A DNA stretch of 62,077 bases, filler included, from Choristocarpus tenellus KU-1152 (lineage: Eukaryota > Protista > Phaeophyceae): assembly GCA_964200185.2 (NCBI GenBank). It is 11 parts of 11 records of this genome, joined end to end, with 100 filler letters (N's around TTAATTAATTAA, not from the genome) between each part and the next. Parts side by side here need not be neighbours in the genome. Positions count along the whole stretch, not along the records: positions 13,125 to 16,844 come from CAXNAD020018318.1; positions 16,945 to 23,921 come from CAXNAD020006935.1; positions 24,022 to 28,775 come from CAXNAD020013183.1; 8 more parts are not named here. One strand, 5' to 3'. This document shows positions 13,498 through 26,900 of this stretch, piece after piece; positions within the stretch are counted from its first letter, which is position 1; the number at the start of each line of letters is the position of its first letter. The notes below the pieces were generated by a model. The model saw only the letters and a list, made by a program, of their open reading frames with translations, was not told where the DNA came from and did no database searches. Made by a program: the position numbers and the translations under genes.

Positions 13498-14104
13498 CTG
13501 CTTGGGGCCAAGCAGTGTCGCAGCCAGCGTCCCCACCAACTCCGGCAAAACCTGAGGCGTCTCCTCCAAGGTCACCGCCTGAGACAATTGCGCAGCAGCC
13601 TGGAGCCTAAGCCCCTCGTCGTCCAGGTAGTGAGCCAGTCGGACCAGGTTGCCAACCGCCACGGACGCAGCCCCCGGCTCCGCACCATCATAATCAGTCT
13701 TCGCCAAGGAGTGAAGGGGCAGTGAGGTAAGGGAGGAGAAGGGAGGTGGGGGCAACCCATCGTTAGAGTCGTGGCATTCATTCATTCAATCATCCGCTCC
13801 GTACAATCAGCAGCTCAGGTTATACCTCCGACTCTGTTGGGAGTGTGGTAAATTGCATGCACCCCCCCTCCCCCCTCCCCCCTCCTAGAGCTTACTTCCT
13901 TCCACACGGTCCCCAATGAGCGATGGTGCTTTACCAAGAAGAAGGTGTGGATGTAGAACGTGCTTTATTAAGTTACAGCGAAGGAAGAGTGAGAGACCTA
14001 TCCGTAAGGGGGGGGGGGAGGGTAGCTCCTAGTCTCCATAATCACGCAGGGTCTGGTATACTTCAAGATGTATATCTATATCTATATCTATATCTATATC
14101 TATC

Positions 14105-14141
<37 letters not shown>

Positions 14142-15267
14142 CAAGGGTGTAGTGCAAGGCCAAAAGTCATTGCAAAAAACTCGAGTCTCAACAAAACAAC
14201 AGTCAATCCAGAGGTGGAAGACGAGAGCGGGGTCACAAGGATCCCTAGGTTCTGATTCCCATGGTACAAAATGGAGATGCATCATCGAAGCGTCACCCCG
14301 AAGGATCAACCTCCAACCCTAACCCTACCCCTATCCCTATCCCTATCCCTAACCCTACATGGTACCGGTCCCCCCTCCACAACACACAATAAGAAGGACA
14401 CAAAAAGGGCTCAACCCAACAGATGGGCCGTAACAAGATTAAAACCCGTATCGCCCTCTTAGCAACAACAAAAACACAAACGCAGGCGACACCAAATATA
14501 AATAGCGTAAAAGGGCGGAAGGGACAGTTACAAAAACGTTCATCGAAAGGGTAACCCAAAACCCCCTTTTTTTCTTCTTTTTTTACACAAAACAAAANNN
14601 NNNNNNNCCCCCCCCCCCGCCCAGGGTTTTGCATCTCAAGGAATGCCGAGAAACTCCCGAGGAAATGCAAAACAAAAAATTAATCTTTCCTTTTAAAAAA
14701 AATATGTGTTCAAAAAAAAAAACTATCTTGATCCTGTCGAAAGTGTTTTCAAACAATGAGAGATATCGACGCCCCTCAAGAGTCCAATCTTTAGCACTCA
14801 AAGAGCGCATACAAAATCACACATTGCTGAAAAACCTTTTTTTTTTAATTCTTGATACACACAATACAATTCTATCCTCGAGTACACAAATGAGTTGATG
14901 GCTAACCCTAACCCTCAACTTCACAACAACAACAAAAACGCCTCTATATGGAGCTCCAGCTCTCACCTGTCCCAACATTACTAACTACATTAGAGCTATC
15001 ACAGAGGCCGCCTTTCACCACATGACAAGAAACTCCACAAACACATAGTGTACACTAGTACACACTTCAAAACGCCTCTTGCTTCACAAAAACCACCGCT
15101 TCGAATCCCATTGCCCTGGATGAAGTACCACTCAATACCCACGTACAAGCTACCTACAAATACCTCCTCCATTACACTGCCCAACATACCCTCAGACGAA
15201 GGGGGAGGTCACCACCGCCACCACCAGAACTTGGAGTCCCAGCTCTTGCGCTATAGTACCCACCCCC
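13498..15267 (-). CDS. Two internal exons (15267-15190, 13698-13498) of a SPATA20/SSP411/YyaL-like thioredoxin-domain protein, C-terminal region
   Basis: AG/GT-bounded phase-0 exons splice to GGGYYSARAGTPSSGGGGGDLPLRLR|TDYDGAEPGAASVAVGNLVRLAHYL..., matching the family motif GGYF..D...LR.K.DYDGAEPS.NSV...NL.RL. Confidence 0.8.
14312..14357. repeat. Interstitial telomere-like (CCCTAA/CCCTAT)n tract; shorter ones near 14903, 26536, 52081, 52468
   Basis: Degenerate TTAGGG-type hexamers. Confidence 0.7.
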
Positions 15268-15498
15268 CTGCTCAGGGGGGCACAGGAATCCTTCATCCAT
15301 CTCAGTCTGAAAAGTGGTAGAGGTTTTGTCGAAGGGGGGATAAGGGGGGGGTGGGGGGGGGGGGGGGGGGGGGTGATGAGGGAGGCCAATCTTCTCAATT
15401 CGAATTTGGGCCCCTGCCCTGAAGACTCAAGNNNNNNNNNNCGCGCGCGTGGATGGTCACACCGGGCGCGGCGGGGGGAAGAAGAGGGTGAGGGGGGT

Positions 15499-15548
<50 letters not shown>

Positions 15549-16186
15549 TGATGAGTGAGTCCAATCTTCTCAATTCGAATTTGTGCCACTGCCCTGAAGA
15601 CTCAAGCAGGGTCCCTTTTTCGAGTATTGCGGTCGACACATACTTCCCTCGCCCCTCTCACACACGCCTTCAGATCTCTAGGAGATGAGCACTACCTGTG
15701 ACCATGATAAATTCTCCCTGAGTTTGTTCTCAGAGTTCGAGTCAACCATTTAAACTTTTAACTCTGCAAAAAAAGGTCTTGAAACGTGCAGAATGCACTA
15801 CTAATATAAAATATAAAAAACAAGAAACAGGGCCTATTGAACCTTAACCTCTATCAGACACAGTGCACTTACATTACTTTTACTATGAGTAGCCCCTGAT
15901 ACAAAATACTGTGCTATACTATACTATACTTTACCATATCATACCACACCATACCATAACACACTATACTAATCTATACTTCCACTATACATTGCTGCAC
16001 TATGCTGTACTATACTTCTACTATACTATACACTATGACATAATAATACCTATGCTACTAGTACTCTACACGTACTCAAAAAAAAAAAAATCACAGTGAT
16101 ACAACAGCAACATTCAGTTGTCTCCACATCTTCACCTCATCAAAAATAAATAAATACCCCCCCCCCCTCCCAGATACTTTGGGTCT

Positions 16187-16664
16187 GCTGAAGATATTGA
16201 CTGGTTATCTGGTAGTCATCGTCCAAATAATCTAACATGGCCATTTGAAGCACCTGCTTGGACATCACATGACCCATCATCGCCATCTGGCCAAACCAGT
16301 CCAATATTGTCGTAAAAATGGATTGGGGGTCGGATCCCTGTGGCATTTTGACCGTCATCACCTTCTTTTGAAGCCTTGCTATTTCCTCGTCTGACTTGAT
16401 CAGGGAATGTTCCCGTAGCTGTTGCCAAGCTCCTGAGGGTGACACTGCATTGCGGACAATGCACCTGTAAAACCCACTGGTACTTCTCAACAGGACGTCA
16501 TACGCCCTTTTGGCCTTGGTGACCCCTTCTTCGTCCACATTCTCCCCCTTGATGAAATCTATGCCACCCACTCTGATGGGTTCCTCCCTGATCGCTAATA
16601 TCTCATCTATATTGCCCTTTGTGCCCCAAAACGGGTTAAGACAAACCAATCGCATAGTTGTCAT
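16187..16664 (-). mobile_element. Ty1/Copia gag (UBN2/Retrotran_gag_2-like) fragment truncated by a family-B MITE end
   Basis: Open frame with SPSGAWQQLREH...KMPQGSDPQ...LDYLDDDYQ, resembling Copia gag; ends at CCCAGATACTTTGGGTC. Confidence 0.7.
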
Positions 16665-16957
16665 CCATTAGCTGAAGGAGTTTGGTGTGAAACCCATCTG
16701 AAGCCATGAGCGATGCAATACTAACTCAAACCAAACCAGTCCGGCTGCGCCTCCCCTAGCTAGAGTTTGGATTAGGCGCTTGAGTCAAAGTATCTCAGAG
16801 GGTAGAGCCGCGTCCATTTGGGGGCCAAAATCCAATGTTGCGATNNNNNNNNNNNNNNNNNNNNNNNNNNNNNNNNNNNNNNNNNNNNTTAATTAATTAA
16901 NNNNNNNNNNNNNNNNNNNNNNNNNNNNNNNNNNNNNNNNNNNNGTGCTCTACATAT

Positions 16958-17105
<148 letters not shown>

Positions 17106-17857
17106 CTCGTACTCCAATCACAAGAAAAAATATTCCGATACCAATCTTTTTGGTTAGACTCTGCTGCGGGAATACCATGTCAGATGATTACCTGCACAAA
17201 AATAGTGCAAGACTCTAGCAGACGCAAACAACAAAGAATCCCAGTCACGTAAGAACAATAACTTAAGAAATCAAGAACAATAACCACGTGAGAAACGGAT
17301 TTAGGCAAGGACTTCATCAATACCGCAGTCAAGTACATCATTAAAAAAAAAGAAATTACAAAGTGGGTCAAACATGTACAGTCAACAAGTACTAGGTTGG
17401 AAAAGATAGATACAAAAACCACAACAAAAGAGTATTCCGTCACACACAGCCACAAGGCGTCCGGCTGTTATCTCTGATTTCATTTTTGAACATCTCTAGT
17501 TGGGAGGGCTGGGGCAAGGGCTAACAAAGTGGAGTCGCACTCTCCCCCGGAGCATATTCGCTCTAAAATCTGACTCTTCCCATTTCTTTTGTCTGCATAA
17601 AACAAAAAATAAAATTTTAAAAGATACAAATGGCAAAAGCTCTCGTGGAATATGGTCCTTCATCTCGATGGATCACAAAATCAGATACCAACACTGATTA
17701 AAAGTTGGGTTGACGGGGTGAAGGTTGAAGTTAAGGGGTTGGTGATATGGTTTTGAATCAGGCACCGTTGAATCTTACGTAGAAACTATTTTCCCTCATT
17801 AATCAGCCAAAATTTCTGGATGTAGGGGGAGACCGTATGACTTAGAACAAAAATTAA

Positions 17858-18005
17858 ACAATTGCAATTATTTTTAGAAAATATCAAGTCTCAACCAAAC
17901 TACTTTCCCACAAATAAATTTCAACAAAAATTACAAAACTGCAATTTTTTTTTAAGTACCGAATCTCAACCAAACTACTTTTCCACAAATAAATTTCAAC
18001 AAAAA
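17858..18005. repeat. Local direct duplication of about 70 bp
   Basis: TCTCAACCAAACTACTTT.CCACAAATAAATTTCAACAAAAA occurs twice in tandem. Confidence 0.85.
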
Positions 18006-18853
18006 AGAATCTCTTAATGCTTTTAAGATTGTTGAAAGTGTCAAAAAAATATTATTCAAGTTGCTAGGCTAATCCTGATAACACGAAACCGGATTAGGTA
18101 TTACACTAATCTTTTCTTCTGGACTTCTTACCAATTGGCACTAACACTCCATTACCAACAACGCCTTCCCCCAATGAGTGCAATGCTTTTGATTGCTGAC
18201 AATAAAAAAAAATGGTGTGGGTGGAGCACCTGCTGGATTCATCTGTGTTTCCATACCCTCTACATAAGAAGAAAAAATATAAATATACCATCAAACCGTT
18301 GGAATGTGTGCGCAACAACAGCTCTTGTAGGATACCTTCTGCCGCACATTCCAGGAAAATTCTTCCAAGCAATTAATTCTCAAACTGCAAAAAAGTTGGT
18401 CATATCCAACGCCTTACTGTTCTTGCAAGGAAAAATATTGTTTTACTTTCTCACCCACCCTCTCAATCTCCGGTCAACTCAGCACTAAATCTAATTTTGT
18501 GAATTACATTCAAACCTCTTTCTGGTTGAGATCTCATGCCCTGGCATTTAGTGTTCTCTGAATATAACATACATTTTTTGAATGCAAGCAGCACTGGTAA
18601 ATACATAACTCAAGTTCAGCAACACAGAGCACATAATCTAAATACGCATCAAAGTTTTGATTAAGTTTACCATCTCCTAAAAAAAGTAGAAGGTAGTGTG
18701 TATAATCCCAACAAATCTTGGGTGAAAAAGAAGATGACACTGCTTCAAATTTGGTTTCTTATTGAATCAAATCTGCCGTGCTTTAATCTTGACTGGTAGA
18801 CCCATAGCACCATGTGTGACAAACAACCTTCTAGCCAACCCCTAAAACGCTCA

Positions 18854-21800
18854 TTAACTGGTGCTTCCATCAACTAGCGAGGCGATTGAGGAGGCTGCTG
18901 ATGCCAAACGGAAAAAGCAAGAACTGCTTCTATACAAAACCTGGACAAGAATAAAAAATAACTCATCCATGTGTTCATGTACAAATTTTTGGGGAAAAAA
19001 AACATCAAATAAAAATAATGCGCAGAGTAGCTTCAGTTCCCCTGCAACAAGGCCTGGGGGGTTCGGTTGAGGAATCTCTGCTCCCCTTACCTCTGATGCT
19101 GTCAGTGACATACCTCGCCCCCCGCCCCCAGGTCTTGTTAGGAGCACACAAGTAACCTGTACATACAACGCCAGTCTCACCTCCTCATCAGCAGGGGGTG
19201 ATCGAATAACACAGTTTCTACCTCCCTCGCCATTGCAATTCTGATGTCTGTCCCCACCCTTGGTCATTCTTCCAGCAATTGCCTCTTCTCCACCATGACT
19301 CCCCACCCCACACAGACTGTCTACCACCTGCCGCTCTATTGTTGCCCAGAGTTCTTCATGCCAGGAGTGGGGGTGGTCTGCAGGGCTGCTCCAAAAGGCC
19401 ACCTCATGTCCGTTTAGAACAACTCTCTCGCGGGACGTGTCCTGGAAGAAGAGATGGGTCATTTGGGGGGGGAGGGGGGGGGGGGTATTCCAACAGGAGG
19501 GGTTACGGGCTAATGAATGAGCAACTGAACTACTGTCATCCAGCAGATACTGATAGGCAGAGAGAAGCAAAAGGGAACAGATGGCATGTGGGCATCCTTA
19601 TCTGCACATGATAACTACAACTATTGGGTGTCTGTTGTTGGGATTGCAAAGGTAGGGTGGACCACAGTCATTCAATAGATAAGTAGAAGGGTACAAGAGA
19701 TCTCCATCAACTCATCTGGAAAGAGAACAACTCCAGAACACCTTCCATGCATCTGCTCAACACATGCAGGAGCAACTCCTCCTGTGGACATGGCCTTTCA
19801 AAAGTCAGCCCAAACAACTGTTAGAAGGATTATTCTTAACACTCTTCAAAACTGTACAAAGGAAAAGCACCCGTCCCAAACCCTCTCTCTCACAACATGT
19901 TGGGTGCTATCGTGAAACTTTGATTGAAGATTCTGACCCTACCTTTTTGACCTGCTCTAGGTCCATCTCCCTTGATCGTGCATGTGGGAGGGTGAGACAA
20001 GCTAGGTGGGACCCAAAGTCACGAAGGATTCCCTCAATGCCCTCCTTGGTTTGGGTGTTTGCTACACGTGTTTGGAACGATAGCCTCTGGTCTGCTGGCA
20101 TGTCCTTGACCAGTTCCCTTAGCAGAAATGCTGTTCAATCCATGATTTGGGGAGAGGAGGGAAGGTAGGTGGTTTCTACCTCACACATCAGTTAGAAAAA
20201 AGGTTAGTAGACAAGGAAGTGAGATTGGGTATGGCTCGTGGGGGAGGTGCAGGGGGGCAAGAGAAATGGTTTGAAGAAGTTTGATGTGTGGGGAATTTAT
20301 GCGGCAACCTTTCTCGGACTTTTATCACATAAGAGGCTTACCCCTACCTTGAGTAAAGAGGTGAACCATAGTAGGTATTTCTTAACTGGAAGCAACCTTG
20401 AAGTACATATATAAGCACCGTAGGTCTCTCAATAACCAATCCAAGAATACAGAGCACAATACGCAGTGTAAAACTACAATGTGCTACTGTACATTACATA
20501 TTAGACAAAACTTCAGTGTTCACAATGCTGCTGCTAATATCTTTCCCTCCAGGAGTTCCACACTTGAAGCACACATGTATATACACCATTAAGAAAACCT
20601 TGATTTTTGGAAGGCTGGAAAATTAATATCATAATATCCTTCCCTTCCCTCCACCCCACCATACCAAATACCTACTCTGCGGGAAAGGAAGTTCTTCACA
20701 GAATACCTCCACTCTTTTCAGCAGGAAATGTGGTTCTTATAGTGTTAAAACTTCTTTGTATCCTCTGCTCCCTTCCCACAATCACGTGCAACTTGCTACG
20801 TGATCTATTGCAACCAAGTACTACATTGAGGGGCAAGATGTACAGATTACCCTCGACAGAATATAATGAGAAGCAGGCACGCTGGCTCAGTGCGCACGAT
20901 GCTCAACGACAGGCGTAACCTAGAACACAGATACATTGAGTGGTGTGGCATGCATCAAGCATATTACTCTTCGTAATGGGACAGAGAGGTGAGGTGGGCA
21001 TTAAGAAGCGCAGCTATACCGCAGATGTAAAACAAAGAAGAAAAAAAGACGCTCGTCAAATAGAATAGGGTAAGACAAAGAGGCGTAATTACAACAACGC
21101 TAACATGGGATGTGATTCTTTGCCCGATATGGCGAAGCCAAAGGAGCACAGGGTTGTATACAGTTTTGATTTACCGACCTCGGTCGGTGTAGTGGTCCAC
21201 GCCTATGGGCAGTTGCCAAGACGCACTGGGATGTAATCGAGCGGTAACCCTTGCAACCAACGCTGCTGTGTCCTTCTTGCCAGGAGGCAATCCACTCGCC
21301 GGGCGGCCGCCGTCAATCTTCCGACCAGGTTCCAACCGTCGCACCGACTTCGCGGTGGTCGCCTGGGAGAATCCCGATACATCCTCCGGCCTCGAAACCG
21401 TCAGTTTTGGAGCATCCTACCGATGAGTTTAGGGTCACATGAGAAGAAGAGGTGGGGGTAGGGGTGGCGAGTTTAACTTCAATGTCAAACAGGGCACAGT
21501 CAATGTAAGGTAATTATGCACCCTATACGCATGGTATATACTGCGTCTTGGAAAGGCTACTGGACTTTCGGTAACTACGGCACAGGTGTGAGATCACTTC
21601 GCATTTTTTCAACTTGGAAATCACCAAATTTCACGCACAAGTCAACACTCATGATAAGGCAGCAAGCATCACCACGCCACGAATTTCCGTACAAGTTGAA
21701 CGTGTTTATCCTTACGTACCTCTCCACCACGTTCCTCCTGGGGTTCATCTTCATCATCATGCCATGCTCCACCCAGCACACGAGCGAGTTCCTTAGCGAC

Positions 21801-21860
21801 CGCCACTTCGAAGCGATCATGACCCAAAGAAGTTTCAAAGTGCATATTCTTCTCGTCTCC
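18854..21860 (-). CDS. Uncharacterised multi-exon gene, 3' part; exons 21860-21720, 21416-21175, 20804-20707, 20130-19943, 19441-19157, 18940-18854 (stop)
   Basis: Six AG..GT-bounded open segments whose phases chain consistently (0,0,2,1,0,0) into one frame ending at TAA; no family recognised. Confidence 0.6.
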
Positions 21861-23502
21861 CTGCAACATCCACATCCACATCCACCGGGTAGATTTTACA
21901 GGGAGAAGACACTTCTTTCCAAGCTCAGAAGTCCACCTTGACTACATGGGACAATCTCTATCTCCGTGCTTGATTCTACATTAAAGGCGGCAGTTCTCTC
22001 TTCATCCTAACTTTGATAGCGCGCGATGTTGTAGGAACGCGCGAAAAGGAATGATGACATACAAACTGAATAAAAAAGAAGGGAGTTGACCTTAATCATA
22101 GAGTTTTTAGAGTGTTGGTGAAGTGGAAAAATTATAGTAGAAATTGGTTTCCCCCTGACACATCTGCAAAATGTCAGAGGGCATAATAATAAAACATAGT
22201 AGAAATTATAGAATGGTAGATCAATTTGTTGTTTTCTGTTTCTACTTCAATGTTTTACTACATATATATTCTTACCCAAGGCTAGTTGTCCATGATCCTC
22301 ACTCCTAGAACCACTACACATCACTACTATTCTTGTACTATATACCACTTTGTTCCACTAATGTTATCCCTCGCTATTCCTCCCTTAATTCTGGCGCATT
22401 GGGTTCAGCACCCACCTGAGGTCACACCACGTCTCATTCCTCGAATCTTCTGCTGAACCCACTCCCAAATTTCCTCTTTGATTTTGGTCCAACATGTTTG
22501 TGGTACAGTGCATGACAAACGGATAGTACAGACAACAGGAAAGTGTACAACCTGATGTGCTTCCTATGTGGAACGACATCTTTGAAACCAAACATGCCGC
22601 AGAACTCTGCGGTCGAAGGGTAATGAACCCCTTACATTCATTTAGGTCGCCGATAGCTTAATCTCTGAGCCGCAACGACGTCCATACATATGAGATAGTA
22701 TGTCTAGTGTGTAGTTGATGTGGTTAGTATGCAGGTGACATAGTAGGTAGTAGTAGTATCGTAGTCCTCTCTGTGGTTGGTTGCGTTTGATATATTCTTT
22801 GCATGATCTTTCCCCTTCTTCTGTGATCTCTATTGCTCTTTTACGTTTTGTTAGCCTTCTCCCCTCTATCTTCCTCTTTTCTCCAACATGACAACTCCCT
22901 CCACATACATCTTACGTGGAACACATAATTATATTTCCTATTTTCCTACTTGACAACTTCTTCCAACATGTCCATACCAATGGGCATAATAATAAAAATA
23001 TATTTAAGATATACTGTATGACCCTTCCTACATACACGTATTTCCAGCATGTTGGACCTTACGTGTAATCCGAAACTTGCGAGAAGCAGGCGTTTCCGTA
23101 CGACGGAAATTAATGCGTACGCTTGGGTTCAATACACCAGAAAAGAACCAGAACACAAGGATATTCCAAACTCTGGATGTTGTAAGGCTTCCGGTATAAA
23201 GGTTCCTCACCGAGAACTCCTGCTTCCATGGGTAAGCACACTCTAAACGTTGATTAGGTTATGTAGTGATGGCTTGTGTCATTGCACCACCTGACACATC
23301 AGCCATATGACTCACAAGGTACGTACGGTTCTACTATGTATTATACCAAATATTTGATAAACGTATACAAAAATGTCATTCTGTGTTTGTAAGCTTGTGA
23401 GTCAAAGTATCTTAGAGGGTAAAGTCGCGTCCGTTCAAGGCTAAAATCCAATGTTGTGATTTTGATGTAATTTTGGCCATCATCGTGTTTGTTAGGAAGT
23501 GT

Positions 23503-23921
23503 TCTCAGCGAATATAAAAACATTTTGGTTAGGGGCCATAAGCAGGAGAGCATGAAGAGAAATCCTGTTAATTACGTTAAAGTTGAAGTGTATGATACAG
23601 AAGTAAACAAAGTCTATAAAAATGATTTATGGATTTGTGCATCTGGTAAAAAAAGGAATATATTGACAGCAAACGAAGTTTACAATTATTACAAGAGTCG
23701 CTTTGATATAGAGCACTTTTTTAAATTTGCCAAATCAAAGCTACGTTTTGATAAGTTTCAAACAACAGATCCAGAGCTAGACGAAGACTACTGTATGTTT
23801 GCGATGATAACATATAATCATTTGTATCATTTAAAAGACTATGCTAGCTTAACCAAGGAATATGATTGGCATAAAAGCAAAGGAAGGAACTCAACTCCTT
23901 CATTGGTCTACAGGTCAATAT
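23503..23921 (+). mobile_element. C-terminal fragment of a bacterial-type IS4-superfamily (IS701-like) DDE transposase
   Basis: Intronless, visibly AT-rich open frame with YKSRFDIEHFFKFAK = Y(2)R(3)E(6)K signature; begins abruptly after a MITE-A half and runs to the contig end. Confidence 0.8.
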
Positions 23922-26900
23922 NNNNNNNNNNNNNNNNNNNNNNNNNNNNNNNNNNNNNNNNNNNNTTAATTAATTAANNNNNNNNNNNNNNNNNNNNNNN
24001 NNNNNNNNNNNNNNNNNNNNNGGAAGCCAAGCCCCACAAATGGACAAACAGGGAAAAATTCGTACCCTCTAAGATAGTTTCACTCAAATTCGATGTAAGA
24101 TACTCAAGTTTTGATTGACTTAACCCTGAAACTAACAATTGATATTTTTTTAAAGGATATGCCCAAACTGTTCCAAACAAGTAAGTAAGATGACAGCATA
24201 GATAAGACTAGGTTGTTGAGGGACGGAACCTAGTACCTCCGCCTCTCAAATACACTTGTGTCATCACTGCACTGCTCATTAAAAAAAAAACGTCCACCAA
24301 TATTTTGTTTATCTACAACTTCAAAAGTATGATCGTATTCAGAAAGATGCTCTCAATATTGTTAATAACAACAAAATGTACTTCTTGACACACTGGTATG
24401 AACCACTTCAAACCGATTTCGAGATAATATCAAGACCCTACTCAAACACCTGAGTACCATGCCAATTGCACAGCCTGAAACAAAACATCCTATCCATGAG
24501 GATTGAGTCGGGAGAGTGTGCATAACACTGTGCCACAGCAGTGAAAGGTGTGGAGGGACAATAATGAATTAACCTTTGAAGCATGTACGCCCTATTTTAC
24601 TGTGTGAAATCTCATCTTCAAATTCATAGTCAGTTCAACAAGCGAGTTCCCAAAGGCCACTTACAAGTATAACCTGCAAACAAATTAATATGTAGTTATC
24701 CTTTGTTACGCAAAAAGCAATGTCTTGTCTCAGCTATTGTCCAAGCCACTCACAGAGGTACTGCATTCACTATATGCTGTGCGCACTAGTCAATCCTTGC
24801 ATGCCATCTAAAAGCAAAGCAACTATTCTAATCCAGGAACAATCTTCCCACAACCGCTTAAGCTCCATTTTCGGTTTGAATCAGGACTTTGACATGAGTC
24901 AATCAATGAGTGTACATGTAATGTAGGAATGCCGAATGAAGGGTCCTTGGTCCAACGCTTCTCTTTTCCACCATTGCTACGAATGCTACTCTTTCTGTGA
25001 CCTTGATCTTTCCCCCTATCGGGATGTTTGGAGAGCAATACACCTGCCTCTGCTGAGATCAATTCACTCAGAGGGCCAACCCCTTCACCCCAGGAACGCC
25101 TCGAAATTGTTTTCAGAAGGTTGTACCCTCTGGAGAGCGATGTTCAGGCAGGGATGTGACATGGCAACAATAGAGAAATACGGTGGATTTTGCGTCAATA
25201 CTTGTACTCTATATTATTTTGTAGTGAAGCAGAGTGAGTCCATTGTTGGCGGGTTACTTTCAGTTTTCAAAGAGCTCAAACCCTTACACATGCACGCACA
25301 AACTCCTCATAACATGTATGTGCGTTGAAGTCACAATCTCCAGTGGTCCCTCTTATCCCACCTGAGAGGCATTGCAACTCCGATGGAATCCGGGAAATAG
25401 GAGGGAAAGTTGATTCCGCTGGAAAGACAAGGTTATAATAGGGGAAATTCTACGTTTCACATTTTGTTTCCTAACATCTCTCCATATTGCCACACCCCAC
25501 TGCTTTTTTTTCCCTCTCACCTGTGCCCACTGATTGCCATATGGATGATGTTTGATTCAACTCCCCCACCTAAGGACCTCAAGTCCTGATTTTCTCGAGA
25601 CTCCCAAGACCTGCCCAGTCAATAGTCCAAATACGTCCCCAGAAAATGCAACATTGGAGAACATTAGCAAGGGGACCAGTTGAATACATTATCCGGTTAA
25701 TGGTTGTGAGTGTATTATCATGGATGGGGTAGAAGGATATATATCAGGGCAATATAGTAGTCTATTAGATTGATGGAATATGTAGGATATTCTATCACTT
25801 GATGGTGCTTATGTTCCTGGGGTTTTTTCCGCTAACATGTCAATCTTGGCTCAGCCCGACTGAGATGAGAGGTACAGTCACTGTCATTTCAGACTAGACG
25901 TAAGGTTGCTACCTCGATTTTTTCTTACTGAGCAGGGATGAGCTCATATACAAGGGAAAACTTACAACTGCAAATATATATTTCTTTGTAAGACTGAATG
26001 AAAGGTGAGATGGAGGGATCGTGAAGCAGTGCTTGAACTTCTGCAAGAAAGGGCATTGTGGGCAAAATCTATGTGAGATATCAAGGTGTCTCAGGTTGAA
26101 GGTTTGACATGCACATGCAAGATACAAGCAACAGAAGGACTGGTCGCAGATCTGAAAATAATTAACCCCCCCTCCCAGATTGAAGCTGCGATGCTGCTGA
26201 TAGCCTGTCTTTTGGTCAAAATGTACTCTGAAACCGTCAGCTCACAGATGCTACCTTGATGGGCAAGCACACGGATTTGGAACAACCATAAGAACATGAC
26301 CAACAAAAATTTTATTGACGGCAGGAGCAGGGGCAAGGGCAAGTGGCAATTTGCCATCCCAGTAGATGGCAGACCTCTGATACTACGTAGAAAGAGGACA
26401 CCTAGAACGTTTAAAATCGCCTAGAATAATTATTTCTATGAGAGGGGACCATAGTAGTATCTACCTAGTACTCATCAATGGGAACCCTTCTGTAATGGTG
26501 TCGACTTGTTTCTTTCTTGGCTGCTCCACACTTCTAGGGTCAGGGTCAGGGTTAGGGTTAGAAATTCACTCTATACATTCAGTACTTGACTTGGAGAGTG
26601 AAGTTTGTTTGAGGTGTTTCAACACAATATAATATTTGTAGGATTGAGAAAAGAATAATAAAAAATGTGTCCAAACTGAGGCACAGGGGTTGGTTCAATG
26701 GTCAAGGCATTATAGCTGTGAGGTACAATACCTTAGAAACACTCAAAGACGCAATAAATATCTGAAATCAATGGAGATAATTTCGTCTAGTGTACAGGAT
26801 TGGGTATATTTTCCCAATTTTGAAGGGAAAAAATTTAGTTCTTAACATTTTTCCTTCAACAGCGATATTTCACGAAGTCTTGGATATGAATCAACTAACT

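Noticed and set aside
15330-15610. Duplicated poly-G + GATGAG..CAATCTTCTCAATTCGAATTTG..CCCTGAAGACTCAAG block
   Set aside because: The two copies straddle a 10-N scaffold gap in low-quality poly-G sequence; most likely an assembly overlap artefact.
23049-23231. Possible first exon on + strand ending TGG|GTAAGC
   Set aside because: A single segment with no partner exon or recognisable homology; insufficient support.
26684-26725. tRNA A-box-like GGTTGGTTCAATGGTCAAGGC (and a weak SINE-like segment near 8390-8450)
   Set aside because: No clear B-box or cloverleaf, so neither a tRNA nor a SINE can be called.
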